From contig NIVC01001016.1 of the NCBI GenBank assembly GCA_002269645.1, positions 1 through 64,000 of the forward strand: DNA of 64,000 nucleotides, in the 5' to 3' direction. The notes beneath the pieces are model-generated. The model did not search any database and was not told where the DNA came from. It saw only the letters and a list, made by a program, of their open reading frames with translations. This document shows positions 1 to 11,887 of this stretch, one piece after another. Origin of the DNA: Macrostomum lignano. Taxonomy: Eukaryota. Within the stretch, counting starts at the first letter, position 1. Each line of letters begins with the position of its first letter. A program made the position numbers and the translations under genes.

Positions 1-329
1 TGAATTTTTAATTTTACTGAGCGCTCAATTCCCCCGAGTCAAAACGCAGCAGCTGGCGGTCGTAACGAATAAGACAGACTGAAGCCGCTTCCAATATGTA
101 TTTTTTGGGATAAAGCGGAACAAAATTTCTGAGGCGGGTGCATACAATACTTGAAGTCGAAGGGTCACTTGTGGACGCCCAAGTTGCACGGAGGAAACAC
201 AGGCCTTACGAGTCCCTTTTGTTTTATAAAATATTTTTAAACCTGCTGTGCCGCACGGTAGGCCATGGCGAATTTGACAAAACTGCCTGCTAGCGTGGCT
301 GGTTTCTGGTCAATAGCAGAGGCCCAGAA

Positions 330-951
330 GCCGAGGACATCAAGCATGAGTATTAGCTGGAGGCCGAGGACATCAAGCATGAGTAGCAGCTGGAGGATGA
401 GGACATCAAGCATGAGTAGCAACTGGAGGCTGAGGACATCAAGCATGAGTAGCAGCTGGAGGCTAAGGACATCAAGCATGAGTAGCAGCTGGAGGCCGAG
501 GACATCAAGCATGAGTAGCAGCTGGAGGCCGAGGACATCAAGCATGAGTATCGGCTGGAGGCCGAGGACATCAAGCATGAGTAGCAGCTGGAGGCCGAGG
601 ACAACAAGCATGAGTATCAGCTGGAGGCCGAGGACATCAAGCATGAGTAGCAGCTGGAGGCTGAGGACATCAAGCATGAGTAGCAGCTGGAGGCCGAGGA
701 CATCAAGCATGAGTATCGGCTGGAGGCCGAGGACAACAAGCATGAGTAGCAGCTGGAGGCTGAGGACATCAAGCATGAGTATCAGCTGGAGGCCGAGGAC
801 ATCAAGCATGAGTAGCAGCTGGAGGCTGAGGACATCAAGCATGAGTATCAGCTGGAGGCCGAGGACATCAAGAATGAGTATCAGCTGGAGGCCGAGGACA
901 TCAAGCATGAGTAGCAGCTGGAGTCCGAGGACATCAAGTATGAGTATCAGC
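330..951. repeat. 33-nt minisatellite, about 19 copies
   Basis: Unit GCCGAGGACATCAAGCATGAGTAGCAGCTGGAG with minor variants; the overlapping 11-aa-periodic ORFs are artefacts of the repeat. Confidence 0.95.
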
Positions 952-970
952 TACGAGCGAGTGATCAACG

Positions 971-1061
971 CGGCTTTGTATCATCGCGCCGGCGTGGCGT
1001 TCATTCGCGACTTGGCCCTGAGGCGCGCTCTGCGACACTGAACGCTTATTCTGTTGTTGTT
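971..1061 (+). mobile_element. RTE-like LINE 3' fragment, internally deleted
   Basis: Encodes ...ALYHRAGVAFIRDLALRRAL followed by a (TGT)n tail; matches both ends of the longer copy at 3462-3715. Confidence 0.7.
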
Positions 1062-1329
1062 TTTGTCTCTGGCGTGAGAATGTCTGTCGCACTACTCATC
1101 TATGCATGCTTGAAGTACAATCTCAACTGATGAGTAAAGGTTGCACTGTATCAACAGATTGTCTTCAAAATTTGTGATGAACAATTTGGATAAATTAGTA
1201 TGATGGACAAAATGTCTCGAACAGGCACCTGCGGGGGAATTAAACAGATATGTGCAAGGGAATCAAACAGGCACATGCCGGGGAATTAAACGGATATCTG
1301 CAAGGGAATCAAACAGGCACCTGCAAGGG

Positions 1330-2830
1330 AATTATTGACCCGGCATTCCACAAGACCAACAGTCTAGTCTCAATCCTTGTTGGCTCAAATCAATATTTTG
1401 AAATTGTAGGCGACAGTGTGATCGCGGGAATGCCAGGCCGGTCGCCATTTCTTCGACGCTATAGTTTCTTTTGTGTGGTCTGTTGGCTGTCGAGGAGTCA
1501 GCGAAAGATCAACAGACCATCTCCGCCGATCAAGCTGATTGTAGCGCTGCCCAGACTCTGTGCTGCAGTGATCCAGTAGACGACCTCTCCTTATGGCGGC
1601 TTGAAACATTGGGAATCTGTGAACGTCAGGAAGACGCAGCAGCAGAAAGTTTCTTTAACTGTCATCCTGGAACTATTTCCGTTTAGTACGCGTCCTAGCT
1701 TGGATAAGGATATCAGCAACCTTCAAAGTCGTCGAGTCGGTCAGACAACTAGACAGATCAGTAGCACTGACAGCACACGAGCTCAATGCTGCAGTCAGCT
1801 CAGCGACAAGTATTATCAAAAGAAATTAGTCACCATCAGAATGGTTTGGCGGCCACACCACTAAATAGAGATTTGAATCTTTGGCTGGACGACTTAGCTT
1901 GGCCTGTTGTGTTCGCGCGGTTGGATTTCGGTTATGTCCTTCGGTGTAAACAATCCGATCTTAGTTCCTCGGCACAGTCCGTTAGAGCAGCTCATAATTT
2001 GAAACGCTAATCAGGCAGTTGCTCACGGAGGAGTCACGTCAACACTATGTAAGGTCCGTGAAAAATACTGGATCGTAAAGGGCCGCCAGCGAACAAAGAA
2101 AGAATTGTCGAAGTGCGTCGTGTGTAAAAATATTCAAGGACGCTCCTACTCAGTGCCTCAGATTTCTCAGTTACCGGACTTTTGTCTTGCCGATATTCGA
2201 CCTTTTTAGTCCGTCGGTATAGATTAAGATGGCCCGATATTCTATCGGACGGGGAGGATGGTAGTGAAACTGAAAAAAGCGTATATACTACTGTTTAAGT
2301 GCTCCTCCACTCGCGCCATTTATCTAGAACTACTTTCAGATATGACTACAGCTCAGTTCTTGAACGGCTTACGACGATTTGTCAGTCGGAGAGGAATACC
2401 TTCCATAATCAGCGATAACGCAAAGGCATTCAATTCTGTAAGGATTCTAGTAGCAAGTACCAGTCACGAACTTCAATCGTTCTGTGCCAACAAGAGAATC
2501 TCGTGGGCGTTCATTCTTGAAAAAGCTCCCTGATGGGGAGGATTCTGGGAAAGGCTCGTCGGTATGGTAAATACGGCCTGTGAAAGAGCATTGGCAAAGC
2601 TTTACTAACATTCGATGAACTATCCACTTCGGTTATCGAAATCGAGTCCATTGTAAACAGCAGACCGCTGGTCTACGTGTCGGCGGATGAGATCAACGAC
2701 GTGTTGACACCGACTCACTTTCTGATTAGAACTTTCTGATTGACGCAGGAGCCGCTTAGATCCGAATATTCGAGAAATGGTGAAAACTTTCTTCCATTGC
2801 CGGTTCGTCTGAAGCATCTGAGAAGAGTGT
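1330..2830 (+). mobile_element. Degenerate BEL/Pao LTR retrotransposon (protease-adjacent region and integrase)
   Basis: Broken frames give SILVGSNQYFEIV, DLSLWRLETLGICE, HGGVTSTL..EKYWIVKG..CVVC, YILLFKCSSTRAIYLEL..FLNGLRRFVSRRG.P..SDNAKAF, WGGFWERLV and [11 protein letters not shown], all typical of Pao elements; many stops and frameshifts. Confidence 0.85.
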
Positions 2831-3461
2831 TGGACGTCTTAGGATGCATGAAAAGGCGCTTTATTTGCAGAGGGAGAAACAGTTGCAAAGGTCAGAGACG
2901 TCGTTCTGATCCACGGAGAGCTTGAAGTCGGCGCGCAGCAGGCCAGCATACGCCGCGTCAACTTGTTGCTCGAGCAACTCCGTCAGCGTCCAGGTCTAAC
3001 GGATTTGACGCTCAGCACGCGCATCAACACGGCAATAGTTTTTTACGAAGTAAATATCGTATTCATTTCGTCACACACTTATCGGGCGGCAAATCCGGAA
3101 ATATATATAAGCCTGCAACTCGTATATATATATCTATCTGCTACTTGTAAGTAGTATCTGCAATATATAAGCCTGCAGGCTGACATAACAAAATGAGTAA
3201 TCCTGGGCACTGAATACAAATATCGGGTTTGCCTAGGAAATAAATATACTCGTTTGAAAGTGGAAACCAAGAGGAGCAAAGAAATCGAGCTCAAATAGAA
3301 GAGGCAGTGAATTCCAGAGGGATTAGAGCCTGAACTCGCCGTCTGAAGCGCTCGGCTCCTCGAGAGCCCCTATCCTTCGACACTCGGACCACGGCCGACC
3401 GAACAGCACCACCACGACCAACTACGACAGACTCCACAACGCCTATCTTCCACTGCATTCT

Positions 3462-3715
3462 CGGCTTTGTATCGCCGCGCCGGCCTGGTCCATCGAAGCG
3501 ATCTGTTGCGCCGTCGGCAACTCCAGCTGGCAGGCCACATCATCCGCGCCGAGTCGTCTACCGGCGGGGACAGGCGCGCACTCGGCGTTTCGTCGACTGC
3601 CTGCTGGCTGACGCCGGCGCCCCGGATTCGGCCGGCGGCGTGGCGTTCATTCGCGACCTGGCCTTGAGGCGCGCCCTGTGACGCTGAACGCGTATTCTGT
3701 TGTTGTTGCTGTTGT
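3462..3715 (+). mobile_element. RTE-like LINE 3' fragment
   Basis: LYRRAGLVHRSDLLRRRQLQLAGHIIRAE (resembles the RTE C-terminal RL.W.GHV.R motif), then FIRDLALRRAL* and a (TGT)n tail. Confidence 0.75.
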
Positions 3716-4559
3716 TAATCCAAAGCTAATGACAATATTTTTACTAATCTTAATAATGTGTTATAGACAGTCGAAGTATAGCAATTCTAATAGTTGCGCA
3801 AGCCCAGAGACACAATCTGAGACTAGTAGCTCGTACTAAGGTTGACGCCAAGCCTACGACGGCTACGAGAGAAGCTAACACTCAGCGCGCGCGGGCAGAC
3901 GGCAAAAGAACTAAACAAGAAACCAAATTTGAATCAGACATATTTATGAAAATAGATAACCAAAGTTGTAACGTAATAGAAAAAAATACAATAAAAAATT
4001 AGAAAAATATAAGACCAAATTAATAAAAATAGCTTTGAATATTATTTCTAACGCAATCCTAACGCGAATTAGAAGCCTGTAATAACAGCAGAAGACGACT
4101 TTACACCCGCGCCCCTCTACCGAAAAGAGGTTAGCTACACTACTTACAAGTAGAACCGTGCGCGCATACTTATAAATTATCAAAAGTTACTTATACAGTA
4201 TCGTTCTAGAAAGTTTAAGATTTGGGGAATCTAACGAGAGTTACTATAATTAGCATAGATACAATTTACATTACTTTTTCAACAATTTCTACAGTTCTGT
4301 TTTGTGCGTGATCACGCAGCAGTTAAAGGTGGAGCAACCTCTCCGATATAATCCCCCTTTGTACGTGTACCTCAGTTGAACATCTAATCTGTGAAGCGTT
4401 CATCGAGCTATACCATCTTTCTACACCAGAATCACTGGTAAAAAAGGCCACAGGTGGGTTTGGACAGAGAGGAATATGCGATGAAGTCGAGTGTCCTCAA
4501 CCGAAATGATCGAGTCTCCATGCTTCACGGTGAGTGTCCTCAATCCAAATGAGTGTCCG

Positions 4560-5825
4560 TGATTCAGGGTGAGTTTCCGAAACCCAAATGAGTCTCCATA
4601 CCTCGTACTTCAGGGTGAGCGTCCGCAATCCAAATGAGTTTCCATGCTTCAGGGTGAGCGTCCGCAATCCAAATGAGTTTCCATGCTTCAGGGTGAGCGT
4701 CCGCAATCCAAAAGAATTTCCATGCTTCAGGGTGAGCGTCCGCAATCCAAAAGAATTTCCATGCTTCAGGGTGAGCGTCCGCAATCCAAATGAGTTTCCA
4801 TGCTTCAGGGTGAGCGTCCGCAATCCAAATGAGTTTCCATGCTTCAGGGTGAACGTCCGCAATCCAAAAAAATTTCCATGCTTCAGGGTGAGCGTCCGCA
4901 ATCCAAAAGAATTTCCATGCTTCAGGGTGAGCGTCCGCAATCCAAAAGAATTTCCATGCTTCAGGGTGAGCGTCCGCAATCCAAATGAGTTTCCATGCTT
5001 CAGGGTGAGCGTCCGCAATCCAAATGAGTTTCCATGCTTCAGGGTGAGCGTCCGCAATCCAAAAGAGTTTCCATGCTTCAGGGTGAGCGTCCGCAACCCA
5101 AATGAGGTTCCATGCTTCAGGGTGAGCGTCCGCAATCCAAATGAGTTTCCATGCTTCAGGGTGAGCGTCCGCAATCCAAAAGAGTTTCCATGCTTCAGGG
5201 TGAGCGTCCGCAATCCAAAAGAATTTCCATGCTTCAGGGTGAGCGTCCGCAATCCAAATGAGTTTCCATGCTTCAGGGTGAGCGTCCGCAATCCAAAAGA
5301 ATTTCCATGCTTCAGGGTGAGCGTCCGCAACCCAAATGAGTTTCCATGCTTCAGGGTGAGCGTCCGCAATCCAAATGAGTTTCCATGCTTCAGGGTGAGC
5401 GTCCGCAATCCAAATGAGTTTCCATGCTTCAGGGTGAGCGTCCGCAATCCAAATGAGTTTCCATGCTTCAGGGTGAGCGTCCGCAATCCAAAAGAGTTTC
5501 CATGCTTCAGGGTGAGCGTCCGCAATCCAAATGAGTTTCCATGCTTCAGGGTGAGCGTCCGCAATCCAAATGAGTTTCCATGCTTCAGGGTGAGCGTCCG
5601 CAATCCAAAAGAGTTTCCATGCTTCAGGGTGAGCGTCCGCAACCCAAAAGAATTTCCATGCTTCAGGGTGAGCGTCCGCAATCCAAAAGAATTTCCATGC
5701 TTCAGGGTGAGCGTCCGCAATCCAAATGAGTTTCCATGCTTCAGGGTGAGCGTCCGCAATCCAAAAGAGTTTCCATGCTTCAGGGTGAGCGTCCGCAACC
5801 CAAATGAGGTTCCATGCTTCAGGTT
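4560..5825. repeat. 39-nt minisatellite, about 32 copies
   Basis: Unit TTCAGGGTGAGCGTCCGCAATCCAAATGAGTTTCCATGC; explains the three 13-aa-periodic ORFs. Confidence 0.95.
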
Positions 5826-6277
5826 CTAGAAGGAAAACTCTTTTAAAGAACAAAAGATCGATCGCTTTTATCATGTTTTTAGCGTCATTCTGCCGCAAAT
5901 TTGCAGTGCATGAATCATTGTTTGAGTGCAAACTGACGACTTAAAAGTACGACTTAAAACATGACGAGTTAAAGAAAAGCTTGGTACAGTTGCAGCGTGG
6001 GGACAAACAGCAGAAAGCTATCAGATATCCTTTTTGATTCAGGTAAACCAAAAAACTTGTTTGCGACTGAAAAGTCTGGAAAATTATTTACATTGCAAGG
6101 AATCGATGAGCAGCTCAATTTACGAGTAAAAAGCCAGGACCGCTGCTGACACTGCAAAAATTGCCATTGAAACCTATTTGTGCACCACCTTCCATACTGG
6201 TTCTTTGAGTTCACTCTCGTTCAATAAGATTTGAAGTCAGAGAACCCTACGATCAGCAATTGAACCCAATACAAAAC

Positions 6278-8121
6278 TCAGGTCAGCATGAGAATCTCCA
6301 GCTGCTTGAAGCTGTAGAAGAATCCGTCAGTGATGTTTGTTGGAGCATTTGAAGCCCAAACGATGCCCTTGGCTCGGTCTGCAGCTGGCACATTCAGCGC
6401 TGTCGGGTAGTTGAAGTACTTGCCGAACGGACCTGAGGCATGGCAGCATGTGTGCCACTGGGGCTGGAACATTTGGGCACAGTTCAGTCCATAGACGCAG
6501 GTACTCAAGCCACGATCTCCAGTCTGAAACTTTGGTGAAGTTCTGGTGAAGTCCTCCAGCAGGCTCAAACGTGAATTCAGACAGCGTGTAGTTGGTGCTC
6601 TCGGCCAGAATGAGCACGTTCAGGTAGTAGGCGTAGATGAAGGTGTCGTTCCAGTACAGCAGGTCGACGCGGAACCGGTTGTTGCTGGGCTGAGCGCTGG
6701 TCCGGGCGTGCAGCCACTCCAGGCCTGTTTGTGAGAAAATTTTACATGGCTTGCTTTCTTACCAGAATTCATAAGCATCGCTTGTTTGATTGAGGCACTT
6801 CAAATGTAATTCGTCTCGTTTCTATGTATATATACAGTGTCTCCGTGCATTTATCTCATCTAAACTGCCGGAAGATTTTACACGCGGCTACTTGAGCTGC
6901 GCAAGGCATTTGGTTTTTGACAAAAGAAAATATTTCATTGTCACCGCTTGTATCTTCTCTATCTGCTAATTGGAGTTTTTAATGTTAACTTTGATGGGAA
7001 AAAATCTAAACGGTATCTTATTTTTTCATAAAATTCGGTGTTAAAAGTATACTTTCGAACAAAAATTATTGTTTAGATTCAAGACACACACCATACATGT
7101 CTACATTAATTTCGGCCTTATTCAAATGTTTACCATTGAGATCGATTAGGTACGAACTATGTAATATTTTTATGAACAACACAGTGCGTATGCGACCAGA
7201 ATCTACAGTAAAAGGAGCCCCTTGTAACTCACCAACAAAGTAGTTGCCGTGATAAGTGCCGAAGCCGGTCTTGTACTCGGCCCAGAGCCGGTCGAAGCTC
7301 AGCCCGTCCGACACTCGCAGGTTGACGGTCTCGAAGCACTGCTGAGTGCCCACAGTGTGGAACTCCTGAGTTGGAAATTCAAACGGTTTGTTAGATCGGC
7401 TATCCATAAAAGTGCCTAAATGATGTCACCGATCCAGCACTGCTTTCCCAACACTCACATAGACGGCCAGCTTAGAGCTGCTCGGAGGCTGCTCGAACCA
7501 GCGGCACAGCGGGTAGTCGGTGAGCAGAGAGCAGTTGCTGGAGTTGAACACAATCCCGCGACAGGCCGGCAACTCGCTGCACTTGGCAACGCAGCCAATG
7601 AGCGATGAGAAAGCCGGCTGGTGCTGAAGGAATGTGGCGAAGATCTTCACCGAGTTGTTAGGAATGTGGACCCGCTTGTGAGTCACGTTTCGAGCCGCAA
7701 GGTACTCTGCAAAGGCCAAAGTGAGTTTGATCAATACGAGTCCTGCAAAAATTGAAAACAGAACTCCGGTCTCACCAGTCCGGAAGCTGCTCAGCCTGTC
7801 GCTGGACGCCAGACCGGACTGTCCGCCACAGGACGAATTCCAGCCGAGCAGCGCGGTCTCCGCAGTGAACAGTCGGCACTCACCGAGCTGCCCGATGCCA
7901 TCAGCGGTGCTGGCAGCATCCAGGGTCAAAGCTGCGCACCAGGACTGCTTGGCGCAGAGCATCGCGCACTGCTGCTTGGTGACCGGCTGCAGAGACCGCC
8001 ACCCGGAGCCGGGGTCGGCTGGGCAGCCGGGGAACCTCGTGAGCTTGAGCGACGGCTGCTGGCAGTCGGAGGCGGAGGACAGAGCCACCAGACTCAGGAA
8101 CGTCAGAATCAGAAGTTTCAT
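6278..8121 (-). CDS. Secreted PAN/apple x2 plus fibrinogen-C (FReD) protein, about 402 aa if one extra base near 6541 is removed; possible pseudogene
   Basis: Exons 8121-7776, 7742-7459, 7365-7233 and 6724-6278 with GT-AG introns of matching phase. Signal peptide MKLLILTFLSLVALSSA; two C-x3-C-x5-C PAN-like motifs; FReD motifs FDRLWAEYKTGFG, YFVGLEWLH, KFQTGD..NCA..WHTCCHA, GIVW..YSFK. Summed CDS is 1210 nt, one base over a multiple of 3. Confidence 0.7.
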
Positions 8122-8689
8122 TCTGGACTTCAGCTATACTGTAAGGCAAAATAAAAAAAAATCGTTATAATTTTGTCTGCTATTCCAACTTCGACCGGCT
8201 GTCAAAGCATCTGAATTCGAGGTCTCCTTGCCGTTTTATTGGATGAAAATGTGCACAGCAGCTGCTTGTTTGCGTGACTGTATTATAATTGGCTGAATCA
8301 GCTACAAAGGGCTTACGTGGTTGGATCCAATTGAAATTTTCTTCAACTTACCAAATGATCAGCATACTTTGGTAAAGTTTATGTCGCTGTAAGGACAGCA
8401 TTGTGTCATTGAGTCTCCGATTAGAAAACATATTCAGGTAACTAACGAATTTAGGTTTTCTACGCATTTCGCAATCCGAGCTGCATCTTACTTGCTTCGC
8501 TGAACTTGCTGATCAAAGAGAAAAATTTTTATAAATACGTATACATAAAAATACTTACTAATCTTATAATTTTTTCTATCGTGAGATTCGGAGTCCACCT
8601 TCTCTGTGCTGTTTTAGAGGCTGCACTTCTGCACTCTTGACACGTATGTATTCTATCACCGTGGTACTCGTACTGGTGTTCGTTCCGTG

Positions 8690-10040
8690 AGGGCTGTCCT
8701 GCAGTCCGAGGTCCTGCTTGACTGCCAAAAAACGGCGCTGTTTCAGGCGGAGATCGAGACCATCCCTGTTGCACAAAGACGAGACCTGGATGCTGACGGA
8801 TTCGCGCGAATAGCAGGTCGATGCGCGCCGCCTTCAAGATCGGCTTCGAGCACGTCACCAATTGGGCACTTTATCGCCGCACTGACATGGCTCGTCCCAG
8901 CAAACTAGCTGTTGCGACTCCAGTGGCAGACCACATCATCTGCGCCGAGTCATACTCCTTACAGCCGGAGCAGGAGGTGCTGCTGCTGACGCTGCAAGCA
9001 CCCTACTGTCAAGAACAGGCGCGCACTCAGCGTTTCGTTGACTGCTTGCTGGCTGATTCTGGCTGGCTGCGGTGCGACCTACGTTCGTGCCCAGGCCCAA
9101 AAACGCGCCCTGTGACTAGGGATTCCAATCCCGGGATCCCGGGATCCCGGGATCCCGGGATCCCGGGATTGGGGCCAAAAATCCGGGATTTGAATCCCGG
9201 GATTTTTTTGGGAATCGAATCCCGGGATTTCTAATCCCGGGATTGCAAAAGTCCGGGATCGGGATCCCGGGATTTCAAGGCCTTAATCCCGGGATTGGTC
9301 CGGGATTAGAACAACCTTTCAATGCCTAAATTAGATAATTTATAATCTAAACGTTTTTTTGAATAATAAAACATTTATTTGTTTTTGCTGTTTCTCAATG
9401 AAACGTTAAACATTTGCAAAGCTCCTGTCCTAATTGAGCCAAAAATTGTTAATGTGAACTGTAAATGATAGATAATTTTAACCTTTTTTCGTTTTCTACC
9501 ACGAGACGAGACTGAGGGCCTTCTCATATTGCTTGCTCTGGCTCCAGAACCAGAACCAATTTGTGAAGTATAACTTTTTGTCTCCATAACTAGAGGGAGA
9601 TACGTGCTATAAAGTTTTTATCATTGAATGACAGTCGCCAAAAAGAAAGTGAAAAATCGTGCAAAGTGAGGCCGTTAAGGCAGTCAAATATTAACAGAGT
9701 TTAATAGTTATACTGCTGTTTTTTCTTGGAATTCCGAACCGATTCTGGTTCTGGAATTGGTAATATGAAAAGGCCCTGAGACTCTGAGAGTCGCGAGACC
9801 ATGACTACTGCACGCGGCACGCCGCACAGTCCGTCTTAGGATTCCAATCCCGGGATCCCGGGATCCCGGGATTGGGGCCAAAAATCCGGGATTTGAATCC
9901 CGGGATTTCAACAGCATCGGGATTTCGGGACTATTCAATCCCGGGATTGTAAAATGTCGGGATTTTGGAATCCCTACCTGTGACGCTTTCTTTGCTTCTC
10001 ATGACTCGCTTGACTGTCTGACATCGTATTTTGTTGTTGT
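8690..10040 (+). mobile_element. RTE-like LINE 3' part interrupted by a hAT-like element
   Basis: Degenerate ETW.LTDS, RAAFKIG..HVTNWALYRR, QEVLLLTLQAPY..QARTQRFVDCLLAD; the tail resumes after 9976 and ends in TTGTTGTT near 10030-10040. Confidence 0.7.
9117..9976. mobile_element. Non-autonomous hAT-like DNA transposon, 860 bp
   Basis: Perfect 12-bp TIR TAGGGATTCCAA...TTGGAATCCCTA, 8-bp TSD CCTGTGAC (9109-9116 and 9977-9984), subterminal CCCGGGAT repeats. Confidence 0.9.
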
Positions 10041-10734
10041 TTTGCTCGTATCTTGGTACTTTGTTAGTGTAGTGCAGGTGCCCTTGTCTTTTTGGCAAGG
10101 ACGCGATGCACTTCGGGACAAGGTCTGGCTAGCTCCCCAGCCGTGCGTGCTGCCCCTGCTCTGCGTTGGTTGGCTGCGGCCGGGCTGGCTTTGGTGCGGG
10201 CTTTCACTCTTCCCCCCCCCAGGCGGGGTTTTGATTGGCTGGCCAGTGCGTGGTTTCTGTTTAGCCGGTGGTCAGCTATAAGCCAGTGGAACCCCCTTCA
10301 GGCCTGAATTTGCTTTTTATTATCATGCCCCCTTTTTCTATCGCGCTGTGCCTCCTGCTTCCGCCATTTTCGTGAAGCTCGCACGCCTCACATCGGTCAT
10401 AGCGATTCTTAGATTCAGGTTTGAGTAAGTATGCAGCAGAGAAGAAAACCCCGAGAGCGGGTCAGAGGACAGACTCTAGACGTCGACTATTATATAGTCA
10501 GGACATATTAGCCAATAATCACCGAATTGAGTTCTGCGAGCGATTTTTACTTGAGTTTTAACATACATGTAAGAAGCGTCCGTTACTCGTCCACTGCAGT
10601 AAGCCGCCTGTTTTGAGTTATTCTTGCTCTTCTGGGAAGCTTGCTACAGTTTGGATACTATATTTTACTCTTACTTATACTGTAACCACTGTATACTCTC
10701 CAGAGAGTGTCGCACCACCTCTGGTAGCAACGCG

Positions 10735-10945
10735 AGCCAACGTCAACTGGCGGGCCACGTGATCCGGGCCGAGGGCTACTGCCCCCAACCTGTTCAGGAC
10801 GTCCTGCTGCTCACCTTGCAGGGCCCGTTCAGGCGGGGTCAGGCCCGAACCCGTCGATACGTGGACTGCCTGCTGTGCGACGCTGGGGCGCCCGATACTG
10901 CCAACAGAGCGGATTTTGTTCTCTCCCAGGCTATGCGGCGCGCCA
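10735..10945 (+). mobile_element. RTE-like LINE fragment (diverged subfamily)
   Basis: RQLAGHVIRAEGYCPQPVQDVLLLTLQGPFRRGQARTRRYVDCLLCDAGAPD is homologous to the copies at 3462 and 8690. Confidence 0.7.
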
Positions 10946-11264
10946 TCTCTGCATTTCCACAAATTTGCACAAGAGGAATTTGCACAAATTTCTCTGCATT
11001 TCCGGATAAAGCTGCGTGGGTGTCTACTGCAGTGTCCACATCAGGTTCCACAAAGTAAATTTTGAATGTGAAAATTGACAAAATTGCCCTGGCTGGTGCA
11101 TGGAGAATACAAGAATTAATGTTAGATATAATTTTGCTAGGAAGTAGAATGACTTGTCTAAATTCGAGAAAGATTTGCAAATTTTTGCCTGTAATCATAA
11201 TAATGCTCATAATTGACTAATATAAATAGACACCTGCTCCAATTCGGCCATATGTGCAACCGAG

Positions 11265-11517
11265 AGCTCAGCCGCAGCTATTCCGCAGCGCATCTGAAAG
11301 CTGCGTACGGCTGTTTAGGTCCAAGGACTGGGGGGTCGCAACAATCACACTCGATTACCCCAGCTAATGCTGGCACCCATGTTACAGCTGGGTGAACTGA
11401 AGCAATGCAGAGTTAATTGTTTTGCTCTAAGCTACAAATCGTTTCGAGTGGGTTCGAGAATCGAACTCCCGACCGTTTATAGTCGCAACTCCGCGACGCT
11501 CTGACCACTAAGCTACA
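11265..11517 (-). mobile_element. tRNA-derived SINE with CORE-like domain (family 1)
   Basis: Minus strand has A box TAGCTTAGTGG, B box GGAGTTCGATTC, then TTGCTTCAGTTCACCCAGCTGTAACATGGG; second copy at 49956-50145. Confidence 0.75.
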
Positions 11518-11522
11518 ACCCC

Positions 11523-11887
11523 GGGGGCCGTAGCCCGGCCAGCGGTAGCGCAGCTGCTCTGGTGTGCCAGCGACCCAGGTTCGATTCCAAGTGCAGTCAC
11601 ATTAATTTGGGGCTGAATTGGAATCCCGGCTTGGCTCTGCTCGTGCAATTAACGGCCTTGAGAGCCAACCCCCCCGAGGCGCAGTGAAGTGTACATGCCT
11701 AACGATAATATAAAGTCAGGGCCGCTGTACACTCCTGTGTGAGTGTGTGCCTGCGTACGTATCCGCGCGCTTGTATGCCTGCTCAGGGGAGTCGGCGGAA
11801 TGGGCAGTAATGCCTCTCGCCGGTTGTGTGCCTATGTCGCTTAAAATGCGCCAGTGTGCACACAACCCCCCTGCCTCTAATAAAAAA
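11523..11887 (+). mobile_element. tRNA-derived SINE (family 2), full length
   Basis: tRNA-like head GGGGGCCGTAGCCC...GGTTCGATTCC, AATAAAAAA tail, 13-bp TSD AAGCTACAACCCC (11510-11522 and 11886-11898); near-identical copy at 31479. Confidence 0.9.

Noticed and set aside
237-1041. Long ORFs of 223-258 aa
   Set aside because: They are translations of a 33-nt tandem repeat whose period is a multiple of 3; no gene context.
4497-5931. Three 413-455-aa ORFs, and a possible CRISPR-like look
   Set aside because: Pure 39-nt tandem repeat with no unique spacers, in eukaryotic DNA with no cas genes.
5969-6240. Possible integrase zinc-finger remnant (KQVFWF..IKKDI...CP)
   Set aside because: Too short and stop-ridden to support a call.
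10200-10430. Promoter-like cluster (reverse CCAAT, CCGCCATTTT, GA|GTAAGT)
   Set aside because: No downstream exon or LTR partner identified; such motifs occur by chance.
11523-11600. tRNA gene candidate
   Set aside because: No proper cloverleaf or acceptor stem; it continues into a 365-nt body with A tail and TSD, so it is a SINE head.
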